Source: a virus
Taxonomy: Duplodnaviria; Caudoviricetes
IMG/VR virus record: IMGVR_UViG_3300025470_000005
Location: 1-35,294 of that record
Length of the DNA: 35,294 nucleotides
Reading direction: 5' to 3' (one strand)
In this document: in pieces, positions 14,789 through 24,924 of the stretch
How the letters are laid out: the number at the start of each line of letters is the position of its first letter
Numbering within the stretch: the first letter of the stretch is position 1
The notes under the pieces: generated by a model
What the model saw: the letters and a program-made list of their open reading frames with translations, nothing else
The model's database searches: none
Told to the model about the DNA's origin: nothing
Translations under genes and position numbers: made by a program

Positions 14789-17700
14789 TTATCCTACGTA
14801 TGGTGCCAAGATACCAGTTATGATTGCTGGATATGTGAATTGTGGAGTATAAGATATTCCATCATAAAAATTTAGATTTAAGTAAGCAGGAGCAGGAGAG
14901 CCTGCAATATTGGTGTCATACCCATACACCATACCAAACGTATAAGATCCTGATTGAGTTGCAGTAAATCCAAAATTCACAGTGGTTGCAGGAAAATTAA
15001 GAACGTTATTGGCTGTGTCAAATACTTGATACCAGCTTGATCCTATTTGACTGTATTGAATACTTGAATCAGGTAACTGGATACCAACTTGAAGATTGAT
15101 TGTATATTCTGTGTCAGCAGTGGCAGGACCTGTAAAACTCAACTGTCCATAGACGGTAGCTGTTATATAAATTACATCGCCCACATTCATGTTGGCAATA
15201 AGAGTGTTACCAACGCCATATAGACTACCAGCAGTAGGAGGACTTGGTGCAGTATCAGCTGTTGACGATACTGTCAACACTCGTGTGCTTGCTCCTGGTG
15301 TCAATGCTGTTGCTGGCACACAGTTGCTGGTAAACATTCTAGACAGAATAGAAGCAGATTGTATTGCGGCTGCTGCAACGCTTGCTGGAGCCATTTGGCT
15401 GGCAGTGATAGCATTGTAGACAATGTTGGTTGTGTTGACAACGTTTGAACGCAGGTTGCCGCCAGATACCAAACCAAGAATAGTCAAGTTGCCGCCAATG
15501 ACTGCATTATTACCAACAACCAAATTGCTGGCAATGCTGGCGCTGTTACCTATCAATAGGTTGTTGCCAATGACCATGTTGTTGCCAACCAAAGCATTGT
15601 TACCAATAACTAGATTGTTGCCAATGGCCAAATTGCTGCCAATAGTTCCGTTGCTGCCAATGGCTAAGTTATTTCCTATAGTGGCGTTGTTGCCAACCAA
15701 TAGACTATTGGCAATTACAGCATTGTTGCCAATGGCCAAATTGTTGCCAATGGCTGCACTACTACCAACAGTAAGATTGTTGCCAATAACCGCATTATTA
15801 CCTACTGCCAAATTATTACCAATACTGGTTGTGCCAGCAAGGCGTGCGTTACCTGAACTGGCTTGCAACCAAAACCCAGGACTTGCAAAACTACCAATTG
15901 TGGCATTTTGACTTACAATGTTTAATGGATAAACATCTGTTGTGATCAACGCACTGGCTGTGACACTGTTGCTGACAAACAAGTTACCACTAATGACTTG
16001 CGTGTTGGCACTGAGCCATTGATTGATGTTGGCATAAAATGTTTTGGTGACAACTGTATTTGTTGGACGATATGTAAATGATGCAGTGTCACCTGTCAAT
16101 GGAGTATAGCCTGTACCAATAGGAGGCGTTGCCGCAGTGCGAGGTGCTTCAAATGCTGTAGTGTAATCACTGGCAGAATAAAAAGTAGGATCGCTGGCAG
16201 TGACCACATAAGCGCTGGTGAATACACCACGCTGTCCAGTAGGACCATTTAACTGTTGTGGAGTTGACCAAGTTAGATTGCCAGCAATGCCTGTATTGCC
16301 TTGTATTTGTGCGTAGGCTTGTGCAACATATAGATTGCCATATCCAGGATTGGCAGGTATTGTAGTACTCCAAGTAGCTACATTGGCACCTTGCGAATAC
16401 TGCAAAGATCTAAAAATTATTATACCAGCACTACCGTTGCCATCATTGCTGCCAGCACCTAAACTAATATTTTCTCCTGATCCGCCACCGCCGCCCCAAA
16501 TACCGCCAGTTGGCGCCAATGCTATATTGCCTTGATATCCAGTTCCGCCACCGCCAATACCACCTGAATCTCCATATTTTCCACTGCTGCCGCCGCCACC
16601 ACCGCCACCAAAATAAGCAACGCCATTGGATTGTATAGCGCCAGCCCAAGTAATTTGATTCCACGGGTCTGCTACACCAGCACCGCCAGGAAATTTATAA
16701 CCATTGGCAACACCTTGAGAATAAGTTGTGCCTGTACCAACTGCACCATTGCCACCATAAATGTTTGATAAAAAGTTTTGATAACCTGATTTACCAGCAG
16801 CAGCAGTATAGATTGGACTTATACTTGTTCCAGAACCGTACCCAAATACAGTGTCAGCAGTATAACCAGCAGTAATGGCATAATTGGTTGTGTTTGATAA
16901 AAACACACCAGGAGTGTATAGATATGATCCGCCACTGCCACCTTGGCCAGCTGCCCCTAATGTACCATATGTGTATTGTTTGCCTGCTCCTGGTCCACCG
17001 CCACCAACCATGAATACATCGTAATTGCCGCTGTTGCCGTTGATGTTGACTGTAACAAAGTTAGTACCACCAGATTGAACATAAACAGTTCCAGTACCAG
17101 GATAAATCCAATTGTTGTTGGAACCAATATTATAACTGCCAGCAACGTTGGCTGTTGAATATACAGTGGTAAATGTCCAGTTGTATGTGCTGTTGGCTGC
17201 AATCACATTTATTTGACTATTCAAATAAGTTGAATCAACTGCCACGCTCACATTACCTGGACTATTTGCTGCAAAGGCAAGTCCTGGATCTGAAGGCGGT
17301 GTACCTACACCTGTTGTAAAATTCCATGAACCAGTATTGGCTTGTGGAGTTGCAGGTGCAATGTTTGCCCAAGTATAAACTGGAAAATTATAATTGCTGC
17401 TGCCAGGAATACCATTGGCACCTGGTGCACCATTGGCACCTGTTGTACCTGTAACAACATCCAAATTGATTGGAGTGTTATCTTGCACAGGAACAAAATA
17501 AGTTGGTGCTGTGGTATTAACGTTGAAACTGATTTGTCTACCACCAAGTGTTTGATAGTATAGATGTTTGGTTGTGCCAAATCCGCCAGCTACCTGTGTC
17601 CATTGATAGTCAGCAGGATTGGTGTCTACTACATTGGCAGTAGTGTTATGAATACCATAATAACTGGTGTATGCACTATTGCTGGTGAACCCTGAACCTG

Positions 17701-17908
17701 TGGCACTGTTACCATAGGCCACATTCATGTATTGATACAAATAGGACACAGTATTGCCACCTGTGCTGATTGCGCCCGTTTGAACGTTGGCAGTCAACAC
17801 ATTACCAGTTGCGTTGATATTGTTGTTGCCCAAGTTGGCCAAGGCATAGTTCAAACTTGAAACTATATCGCCTTGACTGCTGTTTGTATCTAATGCAAAA
17901 TTTGACAT
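14789..17908 (-). CDS. Tail fibre/spike 2 (collagen-like, Gly-rich and hexapeptide-repeat domains)
   Basis: Start moved to ATG 17908 (TAATG overlap with the nozzle stop). GANGAPGANGIPG, polyglycine-rich domain, 19 [IV]GNNxx repeats. Confidence 0.75.
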   Translation of the reverse strand: MSNFALDTNSSQGDIVSSLNYALANLGNNNINATGNVLTANVQTGAISTGGNTVSYLYQYMNVAYGNSATGSGFTSNSAYTSYYGIHNTTANVVDTNPADYQWTQVAGGFGTTKHLYYQTLGGRQISFNVNTTAPTYFVPVQDNTPINLDVVTGTTGANGAPGANGIPGSSNYNFPVYTWANIAPATPQANTGSWNFTTGVGTPPSDPGLAFAANSPGNVSVAVDSTYLNSQINVIAANSTYNWTFTTVYSTANVAGSYNIGSNNNWIYPGTGTVYVQSGGTNFVTVNINGNSGNYDVFMVGGGGPGAGKQYTYGTLGAAGQGGSGGSYLYTPGVFLSNTTNYAITAGYTADTVFGYGSGTSISPIYTAAAGKSGYQNFLSNIYGGNGAVGTGTTYSQGVANGYKFPGGAGVADPWNQITWAGAIQSNGVAYFGGGGGGGSSGKYGDSGGIGGGGTGYQGNIALAPTGGIWGGGGGSGENISLGAGSNDGNGSAGIIIFRSLQYSQGANVATWSTTIPANPGYGNLYVAQAYAQIQGNTGIAGNLTWSTPQQLNGPTGQRGVFTSAYVVTASDPTFYSASDYTTAFEAPRTAATPPIGTGYTPLTGDTASFTYRPTNTVVTKTFYANINQWLSANTQVISGNLFVSNSVTASALITTDVYPLNIVSQNATIGSFASPGFWLQASSGNARLAGTTSIGNNLAVGNNAVIGNNLTVGSSAAIGNNLAIGNNAVIANSLLVGNNATIGNNLAIGSNGTIGSNLAIGNNLVIGNNALVGNNMVIGNNLLIGNSASIASNLVVGNNAVIGGNLTILGLVSGGNLRSNVVNTTNIVYNAITASQMAPASVAAAAIQSASILSRMFTSNCVPATALTPGASTRVLTVSSTADTAPSPPTAGSLYGVGNTLIANMNVGDVIYITATVYGQLSFTGPATADTEYTINLQVGIQLPDSSIQYSQIGSSWYQVFDTANNVLNFPATTVNFGFTATQSGSYTFGMVYGYDTNIAGSPAPAYLNLNFYDGISYTPQFTYPAIITGILAPYVG
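15482..15823 (-). repeat. 19 x 18-bp degenerate coding repeat ([IV]GNNxx)
   Basis: IGNNLA-VGNNAV-IGNNLT...IGGNLT counted from the translation. Confidence 0.9.
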
Positions 17909-19542
17909 TAACGAGTATCCTGAACTACAGTGATTTGCCAGTTGGCTTCTGTCATCTGCCAACTATTTACTGCGCTGTTAGCACCTACTTGTAAAGTTAC
18001 AACGCGAGCTTCGTTTTGATCAATTTGTGCCCATGGATTGCTGGTCTGTATTGGTATTGTGACATTGGGTTTGAATACCACAACATTGCCCACACTGTCT
18101 GCGCCACCAACTGTGATTGTGATATTGCCTGTGCCATAGACTTCTGGCAACACGCGATGCACTTGTACGCTGGCACTGTATGGTTGACCAAAGCTGATAT
18201 TGTCACGTTGGAAATAACTGTTGATACTAGTGTTGCCAACAAAACTTGTGCCAGTATCTTTTTGTATGATGTTGGCATTGGTTGTGTAAGTGCTATAGTC
18301 AACGCCACGTGTGCTTAAATTGATGTTGCCATTGATGATTCTTGGCGCTTCTGTTGCCATTGTGGCAGCGGTAACTTGACGTGGAGCTTGCCAAACATCT
18401 AGATCATAACGATAAGCAATCATTTGATTGCATTGTCCAGTTGATGTCAAGTCTGGATAATAAATCTCTACTTGATACTTTTCAGTATTGTTAATCATAA
18501 AGATTTGATTTGTGTATGCGTTGTTTAAATTATTGTAGAAATAATTTTTGATCCGTTGGTTGCCAATAGGAGTAAAAGTCCCACCATCAAACTTCCAAAT
18601 ATCGCGAGCATCAACGCCATAAGCAACAGTGTCAACCACTGCCCAACAATTTTCATTTATTAGTCCCCTTCCTTGGCTAACAATCTTAATACCAAACACA
18701 GGAGCATAACTGCTTTGGTAAGCAATAGGACTCATTAGACATGTGTCCCAATAGCTGCAAATATAGAAGTTACCATTGAGACTAAAGCCATCTTTGATTG
18801 GTCCACGCACAGGCATTTCAACCTGGTTGGCAATATTGTATACAGTAGGTGCCCAAGTTGTTGGACCTGAGTTGATGCCAAAGTTTTGACTCCAACGCAC
18901 ACTGGTTGGCAAGTTTTGTACAGTACCACCGCCAGGTACAACGTTGGCATTGATGTTGCCAGTTAAATTACCTGCAACCAACAGCGATCCCAAATTGGGA
19001 CTGTTGTACACACGCACAAAGCCTGCTGTTAGGCTTGAATACAATGGTACAATATTGCCCGTGCTGTTGTAACCTACATCATAGTTCCATGTGTAGTTGT
19101 CTGGTGCGTTGTCATACAGGCGTATCTGTCCATAATTGCCTGGACTAAAATACATGGGTGGATTGGTTTCATCATTTAAGAATACAACTGTGCCATTCCA
19201 ACTGGCTGTAATAACAGTGTTAACGCTGTAACCAGTAAAGTTACCAACACCAGGTGTTATAGAAGTGATACCACCTGTTTGGTCAATTTCATACCATTGG
19301 CCTTGTGCAGTGGCAACTATCCAATAGTAGATACCATTAGATCCAAAACCACTTGTAACAAAAATTTGATTACCAGGTACTTGTGCCAAAATATATTGAT
19401 CACCTGCTACACTGTTTACACCACGCACATTGGTTTCAATATTTTGACCAGCATTGTATTCATTGGCAGTCAACGCACTTGATGGAACATCAGGCGTAAA
19501 ACTCATGTTGCTAAAAGGTGTCTTGACTGGATTGACTGCCAT
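17908..19542 (-). CDS. Tail nozzle / DNA-stabilisation protein (P22 gp10- or T7 gp12-like position)
   Basis: 544 aa, beta-propeller-like strand pattern, VRWS, DIWKFDG..F.PIG..RIK.YF. Confidence 0.7.
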   Translation of the reverse strand: MAVNPVKTPFSNMSFTPDVPSSALTANEYNAGQNIETNVRGVNSVAGDQYILAQVPGNQIFVTSGFGSNGIYYWIVATAQGQWYEIDQTGGITSITPGVGNFTGYSVNTVITASWNGTVVFLNDETNPPMYFSPGNYGQIRLYDNAPDNYTWNYDVGYNSTGNIVPLYSSLTAGFVRVYNSPNLGSLLVAGNLTGNINANVVPGGGTVQNLPTSVRWSQNFGINSGPTTWAPTVYNIANQVEMPVRGPIKDGFSLNGNFYICSYWDTCLMSPIAYQSSYAPVFGIKIVSQGRGLINENCWAVVDTVAYGVDARDIWKFDGGTFTPIGNQRIKNYFYNNLNNAYTNQIFMINNTEKYQVEIYYPDLTSTGQCNQMIAYRYDLDVWQAPRQVTAATMATEAPRIINGNINLSTRGVDYSTYTTNANIIQKDTGTSFVGNTSINSYFQRDNISFGQPYSASVQVHRVLPEVYGTGNITITVGGADSVGNVVVFKPNVTIPIQTSNPWAQIDQNEARVVTLQVGANSAVNSWQMTEANWQITVVQDTR

Positions 19543-19886
19543 TATTGTGCGTCCCAGGTTTGAGTTGTTTCATTCCATTTATAGGCTTTGCCATCTTTTG
19601 GCATTGCCACAGGAGGCTCCCATAACCATTCAGTTGTATTCAATGTCCAGCTTGGAAATGGTTGTGGTAGATAGAACGCATCGCGAACTGCATCATATAC
19701 ATAACCAATACCAGCATAATTACCACGTAGTGGAGTACCACCTTGTGTGTGAACTCCATTGCGTGTGTTATAGCTGGTCTGAATCCATTCACCTGGACTT
19801 GTATCTACAAATGTGTTGAAGAAATCAGCTTCAGCTACTATAACATTTACGACTCTACCATTTAATACTTTTGCGTAATGACTCAT
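19542..19886 (-). CDS. Conserved partner of Gly-rich tail fibres
   Basis: WIQTSYNT...LRGNYAGIGYVYD...DAF..PQPFPSW.L, a family usually found directly after Gly-rich fibre tips. Confidence 0.7.
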   Translation of the reverse strand: MSHYAKVLNGRVVNVIVAEADFFNTFVDTSPGEWIQTSYNTRNGVHTQGGTPLRGNYAGIGYVYDAVRDAFYLPQPFPSWTLNTTEWLWEPPVAMPKDGKAYKWNETTQTWDAQ

Positions 19887-19895
19887 TTTATTTCC

Positions 19896-22800
19896 TTATG
19901 CTGTGTAGCTACCACTTGTTGTAAAGGTCATAATGGTGTTGCTACCACTTGTTGTGACTGTTGGGCCACCAGTTGTTACGCCTGTGTAACTTGCAGTTGG
20001 CACGCTGACAATAACAACGCCTGAACCGCCATTACCACCACCACCACCACTAGTGCTGTAGCCTTCGTTGTCGCCACCGCCTGCACCACCGCCTGTGTTT
20101 GCAGTACCTGGGAAACCAGTTTGGTCCATTGTAGGCCAACCATAACCACCATTACCGCCACCACCTAGGCCGCCAGTTCCTGCAGGAACAACGTATGAAC
20201 CGCCACCGCCACCGCCACCTGCATAGTATGTAGCTGTTCCTGTAATGCTGTTTTGCAAACCAACACCGCCGTTACCACCAGTAGTGCCATCAGAACCAAC
20301 ACCACCTGCGGCTCCAGCTCCACCACCACCACCACTGGCTCTATCACCACTAGCTGTACCACCAGCGTTACCTTGTCCGCTTGTGCCTGAACCAGGACTT
20401 GTTCCATAGTTGGCTGCTGCACGACATCCAATACCGCCACCTGAACCACCGTTCATGTTTGACAAGCTACCAGTGTTGAACGAACCGCCACCACCGCCAC
20501 CAATCATGGTCAAACTAAAGCCAGTTGAGTTTGAACCTGGTGTACCGCAAGTGTTATAAACTGATGAAGCGCCAGGAGCACCTGCACCGCCAGCACCAAC
20601 TGTAAATGAATAAGTTGTGCCAAGTGTTAATGAGATGTTACCAACATTGTAACCGCCAGCACCGCCGCCAGCACCTGAAGTGTTAGAGCTTTGACCAGCA
20701 CCGCCGCCGCCGCCGCCAGCTACAATCAAATAACTTGCAGTGTATGGTCCGCCTACTGGAGCTGGGGTAGAAGTGTTAAATCCGCTGTATGGGATCCAAC
20801 CTTGTGTTGAATCAATGTAAACAAATGCTACAGTTTCTCTTTGGTTAACAATAGCCACGTTGCTAGAAGTACCATCAATGTTTGCACCATTGCCATATAT
20901 TTTAACTCCAGCGGTATTCCAATTGCCGCTGTAGTCAGTAAAGCTGACTGCTTGTCCAGCAGTTGGAGAACTTGGTAATGTAACAGTTATATTACCACTT
21001 GTGGTATTGACAGGGTATGCGCTACCAGCTACCGCAGTAAAATTACTGGTTTGTACTGATTGCCACGATAAGCCGCCACCGCTAGAACTTGGTGCAGTTG
21101 TTAAACTTGTACCATCACTAAACACAATGGCTTTGCCAGAACCTGGTGCCAACACAATGTTGGCATTGGTTTGAATTAGACTGTTGGCGTCTTCGTTCAA
21201 GATAGCATAACGGTTTGCAATGTTAAGACCACCTGTTGCTCCAGGAGCTGTTACCCAACCACTTGGAGTATGGAAACCAACAGCATTGGTGATTGCAACA
21301 CTGTTTGATGCTGGTGCAACTTGTGGCAAGAAACCACGAGCATAAATCACGTTGGCAGTGTTGGTAGCGCCGTAAGTGGTCTGACTTTGGATCTGACCTA
21401 TTACACCAGTAACATAGTTCACATTGGCAACCAGGCCGCTACCAAGAGCAGTTCCTTCAGGTATGATATACACAGTGCCACTAACTGCACTGCCTGTGCC
21501 TAAAGTTCCGTTACCATATATGCTTAAAAAGTTTTGCTGTGTGGCCACAGTGTTTTGCAATTGAGACTGGCTACTGGCCCAACTGATACCATTCAAGTTA
21601 ACTTCAAGCACGTTATCAGTATGACGATAACGATCAGTGTTTTGCATCACGTTGGCAGTCACTGGCCATAGACCCTGGTAATTGGTAATACCACTAGTAA
21701 ATCTTGTGGTGCTGGTCTGATAGCTAGACTGTAAGCCTACGTTGCCAGAGGTCTGCATCAAATAACTGTTGATGTTGATCAAACCGTTGATGTTGTTGCC
21801 AGCAGCTGGTTGCAATACTCCGTTTACATAAACTGGAGGATTGTTTTTCATATTTTGCCACAAGGGAGGTGCTGTGCCAGGATCGCTTTGTGGATAAGCA
21901 TTGGCCAAGATACGACCGTTTACGCTGTCAAACAAGGTTGATCCAGCCAAATTGCCTGTGAATGAACTGCCTGTTGAATAAGCTGTGCCGTTGGCCCAGA
22001 ATACACCAGCACTTGTTACCAAGTTACCAGTTGTGAGTTTGCTGGTTGTGACCAAGTTGCCACCAATTGTGACTGTGCCTGTTGCTGTGCCAATTGTGCC
22101 ATTATAAGTTGGCAAGTAAGCAGCCACATTGCTGTTGCCGTAAGCGCCAGCAGTGGTCTGATATGTAGCGTTTGCGTAGGTATAGAAACTACCAATGTTG
22201 GCATTGATTGTGTTGATCTCGCTTTGCAATACCGCAGCATTGGCAATAGTACTGTAGGTAGCATTAGCATAAGTGTAAAAACTACCAACGTTGGCATTTA
22301 GAGTTTGAATAACAGCATTGGCCGCTGTGATATTGCCACGAAGACTTGTGATCTCGCTTTCTTGGCTTGCTGCATTGGCAATGGTACTATAAGTAGCATT
22401 GGCATAAGTGTAAAAGCCACCAACATTGGCATTTAGAGTTTGAATAGCAGCATTGGCTGCTGTAATGTTGGCATTGATAGCATTGATAGTTGCATCTGTG
22501 CCACTTGACAAATAGGCAGCTACGTTTGTATTGCTATAAGTTGTGCCGCCTGTGCCAGTTAAAATACTGACACCGTTGGGATAGATAAAATGTGCAGCAA
22601 CAATATTACCACCAGTGCTTTGAATATTACCTGTGGCAACAATGGTTGTTACTAGGCCAGTTGACAAATAGGCATTGACGTTGCTGTTGCCATAACTGCT
22701 TCCGCCACCAGTTTGGAATGTGCTGTTGGCATAAACTTCAAATGCTGTCAAATTGCTTTGAACAGTTACAATGGCAGCATTGGCCGCAGTTAGTCCGCTG

Positions 22801-23510
22801 TTCAATGTGTTGATTTGTGTGCTTTGAATTGTATTGGCTGCATCAACATAGCCTTTCATTGCTGTGTTGGCAGTTACAATGGCAGCATTAGCTGCTGTAA
22901 TTTCGCTTTGTAGTGTTGCAGCATTGGCAATGGTACTGTAAGTAGCATTGGCATAAGTTTCAAAGCTGCTTAGAGTTGCTTGTGTTGCATAAGTGGCATT
23001 GGCATAAGTTTCAAACGCTGCCACGTTGGCATTAATACCAATAATGGTACTGCTGTTGTTTAATGTGCCAGCATAAGTTGGCAAGTAAGCAGCCACGTTG
23101 GCGTTACCATAGATGCTACCACTACCTGAACTATAAGGTTGGCCATTGCTCCAAAATATACCAGCAGTGGTAATCAAGTTACCAACTGTGACTGTGCCAG
23201 TTAGATATGCTGCCACGTTGGCATTGCTGTATGTGCCAGTTTGTGTTGGAATAGCAACAGTGGTAATGTTGGTCACGCGGCCATCAGATCCCACTGTGAC
23301 AATTGGAATGTCTGCATTGTCTCCGTATGTGCCAGGACTAACGCCTGTGCTGAGTGTTGTTGCAGTGACATCAGTATTTGAATTGGTTAGATAAAAACCA
23401 ACGCTACTACTATTGGCCAACAATGTTAATAATTGTTGTGCATTGTTTAAAATGTTTGCACTGCCAGAGCCAATATACAGCCCGTTTGTGTTACCTACTG
23501 GTGTTCCCAT
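19896..23510 (-). CDS. Tail fibre 1 with repeat shaft and Gly-rich C-terminal domain
   Basis: Five Y[GS]NxNVxAYL and six YAN[AS]T[YF] repeats, a VNTTSGNITVTLPSSP module, then YLIVAGGGGGG...GGSGVVIV. Confidence 0.8.
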   Translation of the reverse strand: MGTPVGNTNGLYIGSGSANILNNAQQLLTLLANSSSVGFYLTNSNTDVTATTLSTGVSPGTYGDNADIPIVTVGSDGRVTNITTVAIPTQTGTYSNANVAAYLTGTVTVGNLITTAGIFWSNGQPYSSGSGSIYGNANVAAYLPTYAGTLNNSSTIIGINANVAAFETYANATYATQATLSSFETYANATYSTIANAATLQSEITAANAAIVTANTAMKGYVDAANTIQSTQINTLNSGLTAANAAIVTVQSNLTAFEVYANSTFQTGGGSSYGNSNVNAYLSTGLVTTIVATGNIQSTGGNIVAAHFIYPNGVSILTGTGGTTYSNTNVAAYLSSGTDATINAINANITAANAAIQTLNANVGGFYTYANATYSTIANAASQESEITSLRGNITAANAVIQTLNANVGSFYTYANATYSTIANAAVLQSEINTINANIGSFYTYANATYQTTAGAYGNSNVAAYLPTYNGTIGTATGTVTIGGNLVTTSKLTTGNLVTSAGVFWANGTAYSTGSSFTGNLAGSTLFDSVNGRILANAYPQSDPGTAPPLWQNMKNNPPVYVNGVLQPAAGNNINGLININSYLMQTSGNVGLQSSYQTSTTRFTSGITNYQGLWPVTANVMQNTDRYRHTDNVLEVNLNGISWASSQSQLQNTVATQQNFLSIYGNGTLGTGSAVSGTVYIIPEGTALGSGLVANVNYVTGVIGQIQSQTTYGATNTANVIYARGFLPQVAPASNSVAITNAVGFHTPSGWVTAPGATGGLNIANRYAILNEDANSLIQTNANIVLAPGSGKAIVFSDGTSLTTAPSSSGGGLSWQSVQTSNFTAVAGSAYPVNTTSGNITVTLPSSPTAGQAVSFTDYSGNWNTAGVKIYGNGANIDGTSSNVAIVNQRETVAFVYIDSTQGWIPYSGFNTSTPAPVGGPYTASYLIVAGGGGGGAGQSSNTSGAGGGAGGYNVGNISLTLGTTYSFTVGAGGAGAPGASSVYNTCGTPGSNSTGFSLTMIGGGGGGSFNTGSLSNMNGGSGGGIGCRAAANYGTSPGSGTSGQGNAGGTASGDRASGGGGGAGAAGGVGSDGTTGGNGGVGLQNSITGTATYYAGGGGGGGSYVVPAGTGGLGGGGNGGYGWPTMDQTGFPGTANTGGGAGGGDNEGYSTSGGGGGNGGSGVVIVSVPTASYTGVTTGGPTVTTSGSNTIMTFTTSGSYTA

Positions 23511-23520
23511 GTCTTAATCC

Positions 23521-24252
23521 TTATCGTGTAGTGTAGCGTTGATCTCTGCGTGGCTGGAATATACTTGTTAACTTATTGTGGCCACCACTCCACTTACCTT
23601 TGTTGTTTTGATCCTCAACAATATCCCATGCTGCTTGATATTTGGCATCCCAAGTTGCAGCATCTTCTGGCATCTTACGTTTCAAATAGTATTCGCGTAG
23701 TGCGCCATACACATAACCTTCAGGCCATGATTGCAACACCACATTGGTCAATACTTCACTGCCATCAGTGTTGAGAGTAAACAGTTGTGGCCAAGTTTTG
23801 AAATAGTACAAGTTGATTTGTGCGCCTGCACTTAGTCCAGGCAAGAATTCATAGTTCTGTCCAACTTCACTGAACTTGCCACGATACACTTGTGGCACGT
23901 TGATGGGTTTAAGATACAAGTTCTCAATCAGTTGGTCAGCAATCATATCGCGATCACCAATACGATCGTAGACAATCCATGGTCCGCCACCTGCGCCATT
24001 AATGGTTGCACCTGGTCCTTGGTTAAAGAACAAGATGGGTCTGTTCATGTCAGCTGGAATAGGCACATAGCCATTTGAATCTGCTGTGCCATATGTGTTA
24101 TAAGGATCAGATCTCAGTGCTGGTAATTCAATGTTACGCATACCAAGTTCAGCCATGTAGATACAGTCTTGTATTTCTTGTGCGTTTGTACTACCTGTCC
24201 AGTTTTGAATAAAAGTGACAAGTGCATTAGCATCTGCGATAAAAGTTGACAT
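23521..24252 (-). CDS. Head-tail adaptor / tail tubular protein A-like
   Basis: Position, size and motifs (I.MAE..M, VPIPAD, TNVVLQSWPEGYVYGAL). Confidence 0.7.
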   Translation of the reverse strand: MSTFIADANALVTFIQNWTGSTNAQEIQDCIYMAELGMRNIELPALRSDPYNTYGTADSNGYVPIPADMNRPILFFNQGPGATINGAGGGPWIVYDRIGDRDMIADQLIENLYLKPINVPQVYRGKFSEVGQNYEFLPGLSAGAQINLYYFKTWPQLFTLNTDGSEVLTNVVLQSWPEGYVYGALREYYLKRKMPEDAATWDAKYQAAWDIVEDQNNKGKWSGGHNKLTSIFQPRRDQRYTTR

Positions 24253-24863
24253 TAGTGTTTTCCTGCAAAATTGGCACCTTCAAAAAATGCCTTTTGTCCA
24301 ACTGCTGCTGGATATGGCACATCAATAGGTATTGGTAAACGACCACCTGGATAGCAAACAAAAGGATTGTACTCCTTTTCTACTACTTTGTAAAACTGTG
24401 CCTTGAGTGAACGATCACGTTTGATAGCTGCCCATGGCATACCACCAAAGTATTTGTTACAGATTTCAAAAGCAATGACTTCAGGTAGTTCCATCCATTT
24501 GTAACCTAACTTGCCATCTGGTGTTAGGGGTGCTAGTGGATCCATCCAACCTTGTTCTGCTCTTGCGCGATATTCCTTGCAGTGTTGTAGTATTGCAGGA
24601 ATGTTAAATTGTTCTCTTGTCAAATACATCTTGCCATCTTGACGGCCAGTTGTAGTTTTGATGTTTTTGCTTAGGTTAAAGTCTTCTCTAGTCCAATCAC
24701 TCTTGAGAGTGTTGTATAGTTTGTCATTTTGTAACAAGCGATCAGCAATGCCGTTGTCACTTGTAACTAATCCGCCTTTGTCCCAACGGTGTGCGTCTTG
24801 GTCAAACTCTGGATCTTCATCCTCAAGTTGACTTTTGTCATGATAATTTGCAAATTCGTCCAT
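24252..24863 (-). CDS. Hypothetical late protein, 203 aa
   Basis: Between the capsid and adaptor genes; has its own CTAAATA core. Confidence 0.8.
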   Translation of the reverse strand: MDEFANYHDKSQLEDEDPEFDQDAHRWDKGGLVTSDNGIADRLLQNDKLYNTLKSDWTREDFNLSKNIKTTTGRQDGKMYLTREQFNIPAILQHCKEYRARAEQGWMDPLAPLTPDGKLGYKWMELPEVIAFEICNKYFGGMPWAAIKRDRSLKAQFYKVVEKEYNPFVCYPGGRLPIPIDVPYPAAVGQKAFFEGANFAGKH

Positions 24864-24867
24864 ATAG

Positions 24868-24874
24868 TATTTAG
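24868..24874 (-). promoter_or_regulatory. Late-promoter core CTAAATA
   Basis: CTAAATA-ctat-ATG directly after the capsid terminator; leaderless geometry. Confidence 0.7.
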
Positions 24875-24878
24875 TATC

Positions 24879-24903
24879 AAAGAGAAAGGGGCCGTAGCCC
24901 CTT
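24879..24903 (-). terminator. Intrinsic terminator after the major capsid gene
   Basis: AAGGGGC-TACG-GCCCCTT followed by TCTCTTT; UNCG tetraloop. Confidence 0.75.
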
Positions 24904-24924
24904 GTCCTTTTCTAATTTTTAAGA

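Noticed and set aside
15482-15823. Hexapeptide acyltransferase (LpxA-like) gene
   Set aside because: The repeat sits inside a fibre gene followed by a tail chaperone, so a structural beta-helix shaft is more plausible.
15423-15911. Plus-strand 162-aa Leu/Pro repeat ORF and other antisense ORFs in the track
   Set aside because: These are shadows of minus-strand genes; this one mirrors the GNN hexapeptide repeat.
19896-23510. Diversity-generating retroelement or invertible fibre-tip system
   Set aside because: No reverse transcriptase, invertase or TR/VR pair was seen; the repeats are ordinary coding repeats.
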